In this document: piece after piece, positions 27,502 through 36,743 of the stretch
Layout of the letters: each line of letters opens with the position of its first letter
Position numbering within the stretch: position 1 is the stretch's first letter
Source of the DNA: an uncultured Candidatus Saccharibacteria bacterium
GTDB lineage: Bacteria; Patescibacteriota; Minisyncoccia; Phycocordibacterales; CAIRYW01
Assembly (NCBI GenBank): GCA_964446625.1
Contig: CAYUPH010000001.1
Coordinates: 70,283 to 134,282 of the forward strand
Reading direction: 5' to 3'
Length of the DNA stretch: 64,000 bases
Notes under the pieces: model-generated
Databases searched by the model: none
Seen by the model: the letters and a program-made list of their open reading frames with translations, nothing else
What the model was told of the DNA's origin: nothing
Made by a program: the position numbers and the translations under genes

Positions 27502-28416
27502 CTATTTTTTATGAAACTTTTTATGAATTTCTCTGAGGTGCTGGTCTGTGACGTGTGTATACACCTGTGTAGTTGCAATATTTGAGTGTCCTAGGAGCAT
27601 TTGTACCGAACGGAGATCAGCGCCGTTGCGAAGGAGGTCTGTTGCAAAACAGTGTCGAATCACGTGAGGGGTTACTTTTTTTGATACACCTGCGATAATT
27701 GCAAATCTTTTTACAAGACGCTCGACAGAGCGGGGAGTAAGGCCTGAACCCTCTTTTTCACCTTTTTCTTTTCCAAGCTTTACAAAAAGCTCTCCTCCTA
27801 AATCTTTGCGCAGTTTTAAATAATCCTTTACGCAGGCTTTTGCGTCATCAGAGAGAAAGACAACGCGCACTTTCCCCCCTTTTCCTCGAATCGAGATTTC
27901 GTCGCGAGAAAAGTCCTCGTCACGAGAAAGGGAACAAAGCTCTGAAACACGAAGCCCTGTTGAAAAAAGAAGCTCTAGAATTGCTTTGCCTCGAGCTTTT
28001 GCAAGAGGGTCTTTTTCTTTGTTTGGTGCGTCAAAAAGTCTGCGTAGCTCCTCGGGGGAAATGAGGTCAATTTGTCTTTCGGGAACTTTTGCAAGCTCTA
28101 TATTTTCTGCAGGGAGGGAAGTGATGCTTCGTTTTGCTAAAAACTTAAGAAAAGCACGGAGCGCGATAAGATAGTAATTTTGTGTTTTGCGCTTTAGCGT
28201 GTCTGTACTGTTTCTTTTACCAGCACTTTGACGATTGAGCCAGAGTCTGAACTCCCGGACAGTTTCAGGGGTTATATCCTTTGGGTTTGTGAGCTTGGTA
28301 TGGGTTAAAAAAACAGTCAGGTAGTGGTCATAATTCTCCACAGTCTTTAGACTGCGCCCTTTTTCTATCTCGATATGCTCCAAGAATTGTCGTTTTAGCT
28401 CGTCTAAGGTGTACAT
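27502..28416 (-). CDS. xerC: Tyrosine site-specific recombinase, XerC/XerD family
   Basis: C-terminal catalytic region with HVIRHCFAT, LLGHSNIATTQVYTHV (R..H..R..Y pattern). Start chosen at MYTLDELKRQF (28416); the longer track ORF adds a hydrophobic N-terminus of doubtful reality. Confidence 0.85.
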   Translation of the reverse strand: MYTLDELKRQFLEHIEIEKGRSLKTVENYDHYLTVFLTHTKLTNPKDITPETVREFRLWLNRQSAGKRNSTDTLKRKTQNYYLIALRAFLKFLAKRSITSLPAENIELAKVPERQIDLISPEELRRLFDAPNKEKDPLAKARGKAILELLFSTGLRVSELCSLSRDEDFSRDEISIRGKGGKVRVVFLSDDAKACVKDYLKLRKDLGGELFVKLGKEKGEKEGSGLTPRSVERLVKRFAIIAGVSKKVTPHVIRHCFATDLLRNGADLRSVQMLLGHSNIATTQVYTHVTDQHLREIHKKFHKK

Positions 28417-28516
28417 AAGGAAATTATACCATGTCGCACAATAAAGTGTGGGTCTATAGCTGGGGAAATAGGAAAAGCTTGCGTTTTTAGCCTTTTTGTG
28501 ATAGCATACTCCCACA

Positions 28517-28792
28517 ATGCTTACAAAAACCAAAAAGACAAAAATCATAAAAGATACACAGGTTCACGACAAAGATACTGGTTCTCCAGAAGTGCAGATT
28601 TCTATTCTTACAAAAAGAATTGATGAGCTTTCAAGTCACCTAAAAACACACAAAAAAGATAACCACTCAAGACGAGGTCTCCTTCAGCTTGTTGCAAACA
28701 GACAAAGTCACATGAAATATCTTCAAAAGAAAGATGCAAAAAGATACGCGTCTCTTATGAAGAAGCTTGATCTCAAAAAGAAAGCGGCGTAA
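28517..28792 (+). CDS. rpsO: 30S ribosomal protein S15
   Basis: [35 protein letters not shown] is canonical S15. Confidence 0.95.
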   Translation: MLTKTKKTKIIKDTQVHDKDTGSPEVQISILTKRIDELSSHLKTHKKDNHSRRGLLQLVANRQSHMKYLQKKDAKRYASLMKKLDLKKKAA

Positions 28793-28886
28793 TACCCTGG
28801 TTTCACTTTTATTTTTATAATTTGTAAGCTTTTATAAGTTTTATTTTTTAATTTTGCAGGCACAGATGTGCCTGGCTAACCATTTT

Positions 28887-29519
28887 ATGTCAGTTATTAA
28901 ACACAAAGATCAAAGGGTAGGAGTTTTTATAGATACACAAAATCTCTACCATAGTGCAAAACACCTTTATAACGCAAGGGTAAATTTCGGAAATGTCGTT
29001 TCTGAAGCTCTCGCAGGGCGTCAGCTTATTCGAGCGATTGCGTATGTTATTACTACTGAAAGCGGGGAAGAGCGAGGTTTCTTCGACGCTCTCCGTGGTA
29101 TGGGTATTGAAACAAAAACAAAAAATCTTCAGATTTTCGCTGGAGGTGCAAAAAAGGCAGACTGGGACGTAGGACTTGCAGTTGATGCTATTAAAATTGC
29201 TCCAAAACTCGACGCAGTCATTATTGTCTCTGGAGACGGAGACTTCGCGCCACTTGTTGAGTACTTAAAGCTTAACCAAGGGTGCCAAGTAGAAGCTGTA
29301 TCGTTTGGAAAATCTTCTTCTTCTAAACTACGAGAAGTAGTAGACGACTTTATTGACCTTGACCAAGAACCTCAAAAATATTTACTCCTTCCTGGGGGAA
29401 ATAAGCCAGCTCCAAAAAGAGCTACGAAAGCAACCGGTTCTCCTGCAAACAGAAAACCTATTCAAAAAGGGAATCCTGGGGAACTTTCGCCTGATCTGAA
29501 GGCGATGCTAGGGGAGTAA
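28887..29519 (+). CDS. NYN/LabA-like (PIN-fold) domain protein, putative ribonuclease, between rpsO and pnp
   Basis: VGVFIDTQNL and IIVSGDGDF NYN-domain acidic motifs. Start chosen at MSVIKHKDQRVGVFID. Confidence 0.65.
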   Translation: MSVIKHKDQRVGVFIDTQNLYHSAKHLYNARVNFGNVVSEALAGRQLIRAIAYVITTESGEERGFFDALRGMGIETKTKNLQIFAGGAKKADWDVGLAVDAIKIAPKLDAVIIVSGDGDFAPLVEYLKLNQGCQVEAVSFGKSSSSKLREVVDDFIDLDQEPQKYLLLPGGNKPAPKRATKATGSPANRKPIQKGNPGELSPDLKAMLGE

Positions 29520-29535
29520 GAAGAGTGAAAAAGAG

Positions 29536-29582
29536 TTTGCCGCGCCCCTTTCTTTTGGAGGCGCGGCATTTCTTGTTTTATT
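29536..29582 (+). terminator. Intrinsic terminator/attenuator between the NYN gene and pnp
   Basis: TGCCGCGCC-cctttcttttgga-GGCGCGGCA followed by a T-rich run. Confidence 0.6.
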
Positions 29583-29599
29583 TTTCTTCGCCAAAGAGC

Positions 29600-29628
29600 T
29601 TGAGAAAAACGCGAAAATATTGTATATT
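29600..29628 (+). promoter_or_regulatory. Candidate pnp promoter: TTGAGA, 17-nt spacer, TG-n-TATATT extended -10
   Basis: Hexamers with canonical spacing, 90 nt upstream of the pnp ATG. Confidence 0.4.
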
Positions 29629-29718
29629 TTCGATATTAAAAGATGCAATTTCTACATATAGGTTTGAAGAGCACCTCTTCAAATTTAGATTGTGGAAATT
29701 GCTTAATAGATTTTAAGT

Positions 29719-31818
29719 ATGCATACAAAAGAATATTCTGTGGATGTAGCAGGTTTTCCTCTTACAGCCACATTTACTGACCTTGCTGATCAAGCGCACG
29801 GGTCTGTGATCCTCTCTTATAGAGACACAACACTCCTTGCAACAGCAGTCATGGGAAAGAAAGACAAGGATAGTGATTTCTTTCCTCTCACAGTTGACCT
29901 GGAAGAGCGGTTTTACGCGGCAGGAAAAATACTTGGTTCACAATTTATCCGACGAGAAGGAAGACCATCAGACGAAGCAATCCTCGCAGGGCGAGTTGTA
30001 GACCGAACCATTAGACCTCTTTTTGATCAGAGAATTCGAAGAGACATACAAGTAGTGGTAACAACTCTTTCTCTTGGAGACGCTGAACCTGACACACTTG
30101 GAGTTATTGCTGCCTCTCTTGCACTCTCGACTTCAAATATTCCATGGAACGGACCAGTCTCAGGAGTTCACATTGGAGAAATTGGAGGTAACCTCGTTGT
30201 TAATCCCTCTTTTGAAGATGTAAAAGCAAATCCATTTGTGTTTGATGTCACAGTCTGTGGTAAGGACGGAAACATCAACATGATTGAAACTGCAGGAAAA
30301 GAAATCTCAAACGAAAAGGCAGGGGCTGCGTTTGATAAAGCGGTAGAAGAAATTGAGAAAATCCAAGCATGGCAAAAGAAGATTATTTCTGAAATTGGAA
30401 AAACAAAAACTGTGTTTGAATTTGCAAAAGCTCCCGAAAAAATGGAAGCTCTCTTTGCAGAAAAAATTGAACCAAAGTTTTACGACGCAGTTTTCTCTGG
30501 TGCTGGAAAGGAGGGTGCAAACAAACTTATGGACGAGTGGGTTTCTGTTTTCTCTGAAGCTTACCCAGAAGACAAAGCATCATTTGCAGTAGAGTACTTT
30601 GAAGAGAAAGTAAATGACCTCATCCACAAAGAAGCAATCGAAAAAGGAAAGCGTCCTGACGGTAGAGGAGTAGACGAAGTAAGACCACTCTTTGCAAAAG
30701 CAGGTGGAATTTCAAAAGTGCTTCATGGATCTGGAATTTTCTACCGAGGAGGAACGCACGTATTTTCTGCTGTGACACTTGGTGCTCCTGGAGACGCACA
30801 AACAATTGAAACAATTAAAACAAGTGGAGACAAAAGATTTATGCACCACTACAACTTCCCACCGTATTCAACTGGAGAACCAGGACGAATGGGAGGACTT
30901 AATCGAAGAATGGTAGGGCACGGATACCTGGCAGAAAAATCTCTTGCGCAAGTTATCCCAGGTAAAGAACAGTTTCCTTACACTATCCGAGTTGTTTCAG
31001 AATCAACAGCGTCAAACGGAAGTACATCGATGGGATCAGTGTGTGCAGGTACAATTGCACTCATGGATGCAGGAGTTCCAATTAGCGCTCCAGTTGCAGG
31101 AATTGCTTCAGGGCTCATGATGGAAACACCAGAAAAGTATGCACTGATTACCGATATTCAAGGACCAGAGGACCACCACGGAGACATGGACTTCAAAGTT
31201 GCAGGAACACGAAAAGGAATCACAGGAATTCAGATGGATATTAAAGTAGATGGAATTCCAGTTAAGATTCTAAAAGAAGCTCTTCTTAAAGCAGAAAAAG
31301 CGCGACTTCAAATTCTAGATGTGATTGAAAAAGAAATCGGAGCACCTCGAGCTGATATTTCTCCACGAGCTCCAAAAATTCTTTCAACAAAAATCAAAGT
31401 TGATCAAATTGGACTTGTGATTGGTACAGGAGGAAAGACTATAAAAGAAATTATGGAGAAGACGGGTGCACAAATTGATATTGATGATGATGGAACAGTC
31501 TTCTTTACAGGAACAAACGGAAGCGCAGACGAAGCAAAGAAAATTGTCGAAGACATGACTCGAGAGATAAAAATGGGAGAGAGATTTGATGGAGTCATCA
31601 CAAAAGTAGTTGAGTTTGGCGCATTCGTAAAACTTGCAGGACAAACTGAAGGACTTGTACATGTGTCAGAAATCGCTCCATTTAGAGTTGATCGAGTAAC
31701 TGATTATCTACACGAAGGAGATACAGTACCCGTTGTTGTTAAAGGAGTTGATGAAAGAGGAAAGATTAGTCTTTCAATCAAGCAAGTTGCTCCGGAGATG
31801 TTTCAGAAGAAAGGGTAA
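29719..31818 (+). CDS. pnp: Polynucleotide phosphorylase
   Basis: 699 aa with two RNase PH domains, KH (GLVIGTGGKTIKEI) and S1 (GERFDGVITKVVEFGAFV). Confidence 0.95.
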   Translation: MHTKEYSVDVAGFPLTATFTDLADQAHGSVILSYRDTTLLATAVMGKKDKDSDFFPLTVDLEERFYAAGKILGSQFIRREGRPSDEAILAGRVVDRTIRPLFDQRIRRDIQVVVTTLSLGDAEPDTLGVIAASLALSTSNIPWNGPVSGVHIGEIGGNLVVNPSFEDVKANPFVFDVTVCGKDGNINMIETAGKEISNEKAGAAFDKAVEEIEKIQAWQKKIISEIGKTKTVFEFAKAPEKMEALFAEKIEPKFYDAVFSGAGKEGANKLMDEWVSVFSEAYPEDKASFAVEYFEEKVNDLIHKEAIEKGKRPDGRGVDEVRPLFAKAGGISKVLHGSGIFYRGGTHVFSAVTLGAPGDAQTIETIKTSGDKRFMHHYNFPPYSTGEPGRMGGLNRRMVGHGYLAEKSLAQVIPGKEQFPYTIRVVSESTASNGSTSMGSVCAGTIALMDAGVPISAPVAGIASGLMMETPEKYALITDIQGPEDHHGDMDFKVAGTRKGITGIQMDIKVDGIPVKILKEALLKAEKARLQILDVIEKEIGAPRADISPRAPKILSTKIKVDQIGLVIGTGGKTIKEIMEKTGAQIDIDDDGTVFFTGTNGSADEAKKIVEDMTREIKMGERFDGVITKVVEFGAFVKLAGQTEGLVHVSEIAPFRVDRVTDYLHEGDTVPVVVKGVDERGKISLSIKQVAPEMFQKKG

Positions 31819-31820
31819 GA

Positions 31821-31896
31821 TAGAATTACGATTTAGGAATTAAGAATTAAGAACCAAAGAAACACGCGGCACCCGGAGGGCGCCGCGTGTTTTGGT
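31821..31896 (+). repeat. Repeat-family copy 1: GATTTAGGAATTAAGAATTAAGAA followed by the palindromic terminator ACACGCGGCACCC-gga-GGGCGCCGCGTGT
   Basis: Acts as the pnp terminator. Near-identical palindromes at 33757 and 35158. Confidence 0.7.
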
Positions 31897-31942
31897 ATAT
31901 AAAAACCCCGCAGAACAAAATATTCTGCGGGCAAAAAGCACA

Positions 31943-32332
31943 CTAATGAAACACATACAGGGGATAAGAAGATGTCCAGACAAAGACCCAGATATGAGAT
32001 GAGGCCAAGGCTCGAAGATTCGAAGAGAGTGTGTGAATATTTACCGCGCCACCCGAATCTCCCAGATAAGACCTGCAAGCAATTTCAAAATCGTCAACCT
32101 CCTGATCTCTCCCAATGGCAAAGTAAAAAAACTCCACACGAAACTTGGACGGACCAATAGGTCCCGTGTGAAGAAACATTCTCTGCCACTGTCTTTTCCA
32201 TTTTTTGCACACCATACTTATCAATAGATAGCTAAAGAATTTCATTTTAATTTTAGCAAAGTTTAAGGAACACAAACCTACAAACCAACGACACTCGTCG
32301 CGAGTTTGAAAAGTTCCACTTGTTAAGCACAA
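31943..32332 (-). pseudogene. Possible remnant of a trypsin-like serine protease (C-terminal fragment with a C..GDSGG motif)
   Basis: The 129-aa ORF contains CRSYLGDSGGAV. It is overlapped by ORFs on the other strand; the region has mixed composition and no clean gene model. Confidence 0.25.
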
Positions 32333-32347
32333 GTGGGAAAGCTTATG

Positions 32348-32686
32348 TTACCAACCAGCACCACAGATACGCGGGGAAGAAGGACTAGGATTGTAAAATT
32401 CATACGTCCTCACAAAAGAATATCCTTTCAATTTTATTGAATTGATAATTTTCTCTTTTTTTTCTGTATCTCTCCACACAAGACGGAGAGTGCGGATCAG
32501 TTTTTTCAAATTATCTAGCTCCTTGATACGCCCAACAAAATACACCTTAATCGTAGTGGAATAATAAGGAGATGGAACACAATGAATAGTGAATTTATCA
32601 ATTCTTTTATATTCCATACCTCTAAACCAACCGGTGCAATACCGCCAGATAAACAAAATCAGGAAGAAAATTCTAAGTACGCCCAT
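32348..32686 (-). CDS. Small hypothetical membrane protein
   Basis: 112-aa ORF with an N-terminal TM; no motif. Confidence 0.3.
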   Translation of the reverse strand: MGVLRIFFLILFIWRYCTGWFRGMEYKRIDKFTIHCVPSPYYSTTIKVYFVGRIKELDNLKKLIRTLRLVWRDTEKKEKIINSIKLKGYSFVRTYEFYNPSPSSPRICGAGW

Positions 32687-32909
32687 AACACAAAAGGTGT
32701 CTCACCTTATCCAGATTGTTATGCCGGGATCGCATGTCAAAAAACAGGAAGTTCTTGAACTGTGAGTATTAAACAATGTAGATGAAGTATTGTCTATATT
32801 AGTTTACAATATAATTTATAAATATGTTCATAAATAAGAGTAAAATTGTTATTTATTAATATTGTGGAAAATAATTGACACAAAAGATAAAATTTGATAG
32901 GTTTAATTT

Positions 32910-33707
32910 ATGCAAAATAAAGAGGAAAATAGAGGCGGTAATTTTCAAAACGCTTTGAAAAATATAGGCTTAAACCAAAAAGAATCAGATGTATATTTTT
33001 CACTTCTCACAATTGGTTCCGGTACAGTGAGTGAAATTGCAAAAAAAGCTGGTATCAATAGGACAACGGGCTATGATATCCTCTCAAGCCTTTCAAACAA
33101 AGGACTTGTTGTTATTTCTGGCAAAGAACCAAAACAAGAATATAGGTGCGAAAATCCTGATAAGATTCTTAAATTTCTAAAACGAGATATCGAAAAAAGA
33201 CAAGAAGACTATCGATACGCAGAAATCATTTTACCTGAACTTAAATCAATATATAAAACAAAAGCTCGTCCGCAAGTAAAATTTTATGAAGGAAAAGAAG
33301 GTTTAGAAGAGGTATACGAGGACACCCTCACAGCAACAGAACCAATTCGAGCATACGCGACAGTTGATGATATGCATAATGCGCTGCCAAATTATTTTCC
33401 AAAATACTACAAAAGGAGAGCAAGCAAAGGGATTGCGATTAGGGCAATAATTCCAAAAACAGAAATAGGAGAAGAAAGAGGGGAAAAGGATAAGTTAGAA
33501 AAAAGAGAAACCGCTTTTGTACCGCCAGACAAGTATTACTTTTCTCCTGAAATAAATATCTATGACAATAAAGTCATGATCGCCTCGTGGAGGGAAAAGC
33601 TGGGAATCATTATTGAAAGTGAGGAGATTGCGGACGCAATGAAAAAAATATTTGAGTTGTCGTGGGATAGAGCAAAGGAGCTAGATAAAGAACTGAGAAA
33701 AAATTAG
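32910..33707 (+). CDS. TrmB-family HTH transcriptional regulator (paralog 2)
   Basis: Winged HTH ESDVYFSLLTIGSGTVSEIAKKAGINRTTGYDIL. About 65% identical to paralog 3. Confidence 0.75.
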   Translation: MQNKEENRGGNFQNALKNIGLNQKESDVYFSLLTIGSGTVSEIAKKAGINRTTGYDILSSLSNKGLVVISGKEPKQEYRCENPDKILKFLKRDIEKRQEDYRYAEIILPELKSIYKTKARPQVKFYEGKEGLEEVYEDTLTATEPIRAYATVDDMHNALPNYFPKYYKRRASKGIAIRAIIPKTEIGEERGEKDKLEKRETAFVPPDKYYFSPEINIYDNKVMIASWREKLGIIIESEEIADAMKKIFELSWDRAKELDKELRKN

Positions 33708-33793
33708 AATTAGGAATTATGGAGAGGGAATTAGGATTTAAGAATTAGGAATCAAAACAACACGCGGCGCCCTTTGGGCGCCGCGTGTTGTTG
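33708..33793 (+). repeat. Repeat-family copy 2: four GAATTAGGA(A/T)T decamers followed by the perfect palindrome AACAACACGCGGCGCCC-ttt-GGGCGCCGCGTGTTGTT (terminator)
   Basis: Direct sequence comparison with 31821-31896 and 35141-35198. Confidence 0.75.
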
Positions 33794-33805
33794 TATATAA
33801 AAAAA

Positions 33806-33842
33806 ATCCCCCACAAGACCGAAGTCTTGTGGGGGGAAGGAT
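33806..33842 (-). terminator. Convergent terminator for the minus-strand gene at 33843
   Basis: CCCCCCACAAGAC-ttcg-GTCTTGTGGGGG followed by a T8 run on the minus strand. Confidence 0.7.
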
Positions 33843-34151
33843 TTATACAGTGGATGAATCGGGGGTCTTGCCGAACCACTTCCAAATCTGATACCTTAAC
33901 AATTTGACCCACATAGCAAATAACAAAACTTTTTGAATTATAGACCTGAGCAGAATCAAATTATGGATTTTGAAATACTCCTCAGGGTCTTCACCCAAAA
34001 TTCTTGAGTGCACAATACCGATTGCAGCCAAGGCTGCATACAAAAAGAACCCGCCATAAAAGAAGCGATCAACCCATACAGGTTTCTTGATTGCAAACCT
34101 AATAGCTATAAAAGTTGCCAACGCGAAAAGAAATAGTATGAAGTGAGTCAT
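33843..34151 (-). CDS. Small hydrophobic membrane protein (hypothetical)
   Basis: 102-aa ORF with 2-3 TM helices, between the two TrmB paralogs. Confidence 0.45.
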   Translation of the reverse strand: MTHFILFLFALATFIAIRFAIKKPVWVDRFFYGGFFLYAALAAIGIVHSRILGEDPEEYFKIHNLILLRSIIQKVLLFAMWVKLLRYQIWKWFGKTPDSSTV

Positions 34152-34351
34152 GTGGTGTAGTTTGGTTTAGTTTCGTCAACGAGCAAGGTACCCATTGAAC
34201 TTTCTGTATTAAACAGCGATGTTTGCAATATGTATATAATTGTCAATATTAAACATACTAAAACATATTGATAAATAAGCACTAATTTAGTATTTATATA
34301 TATTTGTGTCTTTTTTTTGACACAAATACCCCTATTTGTTAGCATAAAAAC

Positions 34352-35152
34352 ATGAAGGAAAAAGAGAGAAATCAAAGCGGGACATTTCAAAACGCCTTTC
34401 AGAGACTAGGGCTGACAAGGAAGGAGTCTGATGTATATTTTGCCTTTTTATCCATGGGAGTTGGTAAAGTAAGTGATATAGCAAAGAAAGCGGGGATAAA
34501 TAGAACCAATGCCTATGACATACTAGCCAACCTCTCAAAGAAAGGACTTGTGAGTATTTCTGGTAAGGAACCTAAACAGGAGTACCGATGCGAAAATCCA
34601 GAAAGTTTTTTAAAATTTTTAAAAAACGAAGCAGAAAAAAAGCAGGAAGATTATAGATATGCCGAACTCTTGCTCCCAGAATTAAAATCATTGTATAAGA
34701 CAGGGACTAGACCTCAAGTTAAATTCTATGAAGGTATTGAGGGTTTGAAGCAGGTTTATGAAGATACTTTAACAGCGTCGGGACCATTTGTTGCTATGGC
34801 TTCATACGAAGATATGCACAAAACACTAGGAAGCTACTTCCCTCAATACTATCGTAGGAGAGCAGCAAAAGGTCTTTTCGTGCGCGGTATAGTTCCGAGT
34901 ACACCACTATCTGCAGAAAGAGAGAGAATGAATAAATTTGAAGCGCGTGAGCTCGCACAAGTACCAAAAGAACTCTTTGACATATCACCTGACATTGAGA
35001 TTTATGACAACAAAGTTATGATCGCATCCTGGAGAGAGAAACTGGGAATTATAATCGAAAGTGAGGAGATCGCCGATGCGATGAAAAAACTTTTTGAGCT
35101 TGCTTGGAAAGAGGCGAAAAGGTTGGATAAGGAATTGAGGAAAAAGAATTAG
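34352..35152 (+). CDS. TrmB-family HTH transcriptional regulator (paralog 3)
   Basis: Winged HTH. The C-terminal 40 aa are nearly identical to paralog 2. Confidence 0.75.
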   Translation: MKEKERNQSGTFQNAFQRLGLTRKESDVYFAFLSMGVGKVSDIAKKAGINRTNAYDILANLSKKGLVSISGKEPKQEYRCENPESFLKFLKNEAEKKQEDYRYAELLLPELKSLYKTGTRPQVKFYEGIEGLKQVYEDTLTASGPFVAMASYEDMHKTLGSYFPQYYRRRAAKGLFVRGIVPSTPLSAERERMNKFEARELAQVPKELFDISPDIEIYDNKVMIASWREKLGIIIESEEIADAMKKLFELAWKEAKRLDKELRKKN

Positions 35153-35198
35153 GAATCCAAACAACACGCGGCGCCCGAAGGGCGCCGCGTGTTTTATT
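35141..35198 (+). repeat. Repeat-family copy 3: AAGAATTAGGAATCCAAAC followed by the palindrome AACACGCGGCGCCC-gaa-GGGCGCCGCGTGTT (terminator)
   Basis: Sequence comparison with copies 1 and 2. Confidence 0.75.
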
Positions 35199-35290
35199 TG
35201 TAGGTCGATTATGGATTATTTGCTAAAATAAAGTGGCAGAGAAGAACGATAAACTCCTATATGCAGTAACACACCTTCTCATTATTTAAA

Positions 35291-36325
35291 ATGGATAGGG
35301 AAGAATTTTTAGAAAAAGCACGAAAAGCAAACGAGGAAATGGCGTCCAAAGCCAAGCTTTCTGATCTTGCAAATCCAAACTCTATTATTTATGGGCGTGA
35401 GGGATTAAAAACCGCACCGAGCGAAGTTCCAAAGTATGAAGCTCCAAAAGAAAGACCAACCGTTGATGCAGAAGGTCTCCCAATACTTGAACGAGTTCAC
35501 ACATTTGCAGAAGATATTCAGGACGCAGTAGCTGACAGAGGGCTCAGTATGAGTAAAATTGCTCTAGAAGAAGGAAAAGCCGCCGCGGAAAGACCAGAAG
35601 AAACAAAACCTCCTTTTCCTTGGAAAAAAGTTCTCATGTTTACACTCATTATTCTTTTTGTTTTAGCCGGGGGTGCAGCAGGAATTTACTCGTATTTAAA
35701 GAAAAAGGAAGAAGAAAAAAAGCTTACTCCTGTTCAGGTGGAACCTATAAGAAAAGAGTTTATAGAAGCACGCGAGTTTGCAGATGTTACACCAAGAAGA
35801 ATGGAAAAAAGATTTCTTCTTGAGGGAATTGAAAAAGAACTGGAAAAAAGCTCACGAATTGATTCGCTTCGAAGAATAAATCTAAAAGATGAAAATGGAG
35901 TGAATTTTGATTTGAAGACTTTACTTACATCACTTGAAGCAGAGCCACCTGAGGCTTTCCTTCGATCACTAAGCAGTACTTTTTATTTGTATATTTATCG
36001 AAGCACATCGTACCAGGAACCAGTGCTAATTCTCTTCTCTTCTAGTTTTGATGCGGCATACCCTGGAATGCTTGAGTGGGAAAGTTACTTACCTTTTGAT
36101 ATGGAAGGACTCTATGGCTTTCTTCCTAAGACAGCTACAACGACCGAAAGAGTTTTTAAAGACAGAATTATTGAAAACAAAGATGTGCGAGTGTTATATA
36201 ACGATGATGGGACATTTAAATTCTTTTATTCAATTGTAGAAAACAGAATGATTATATTTGCGCGGTCTCAAAGCGCATTTGAAGAGGTCTTGAAAAGAAT
36301 TCGTGAAGCCAAGCTTATACAATAA
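35291..36325 (+). CDS. Single-pass membrane protein (hypothetical)
   Basis: 344 aa with a central TM (VLMFTLIILFVLAGGAAGIYSYL); no domain recognised. Confidence 0.5.
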   Translation: MDREEFLEKARKANEEMASKAKLSDLANPNSIIYGREGLKTAPSEVPKYEAPKERPTVDAEGLPILERVHTFAEDIQDAVADRGLSMSKIALEEGKAAAERPEETKPPFPWKKVLMFTLIILFVLAGGAAGIYSYLKKKEEEKKLTPVQVEPIRKEFIEAREFADVTPRRMEKRFLLEGIEKELEKSSRIDSLRRINLKDENGVNFDLKTLLTSLEAEPPEAFLRSLSSTFYLYIYRSTSYQEPVLILFSSSFDAAYPGMLEWESYLPFDMEGLYGFLPKTATTTERVFKDRIIENKDVRVLYNDDGTFKFFYSIVENRMIIFARSQSAFEEVLKRIREAKLIQ

Positions 36326-36381
36326 GAATTTAATCTTTGCTGTGATATAATTTTTTTGTTAGAAGCTAACGGAAAAAATAT

Positions 36382-36738
36382 ATGGCAAAAGATACGAAAC
36401 TGCAGAAGGAAGTTCTTCAAAAGGAGCTAAGTGAGCTGGAAAATGAAATCAAAAATATTGCAAGCATTAACCCAAGCAATCCTCTCGACTGGGAACCTAA
36501 AGCACCTGATCTAAACAACAGTGAAGCTGACCGAAATGAAGTAGCAGACAGACTTGAAGGATTTAAAACAGACAACGCAATCGAAGAGCAACTCGAAATC
36601 AGAATCCAAGAAATTAGAGAAGCGCTTCAGAGTATTGAAGAAGGAACCTATGGAAAGTGTAGCGTTTGTGGAGAGGATATAGAGGAAGATAGACTTGAAG
36701 CAAATCCCGCAGCAAAGACTTGTAAAGCACACATGTAA
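36382..36738 (+). CDS. DksA/TraR-family C4 zinc-finger protein
   Basis: Coiled-coil N-terminus and C-terminal TYGKCSVCGEDIEEDRLEANPAAKTC. Confidence 0.7.
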   Translation: MAKDTKLQKEVLQKELSELENEIKNIASINPSNPLDWEPKAPDLNNSEADRNEVADRLEGFKTDNAIEEQLEIRIQEIREALQSIEEGTYGKCSVCGEDIEEDRLEANPAAKTCKAHM

Positions 36739-36743
36739 AAGAT

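Noticed and set aside
29525-29716. 63-aa ORF between the NYN gene and pnp
   Set aside because: Spans the terminator hairpin and the predicted pnp promoter; more likely leader or regulatory sequence than coding.
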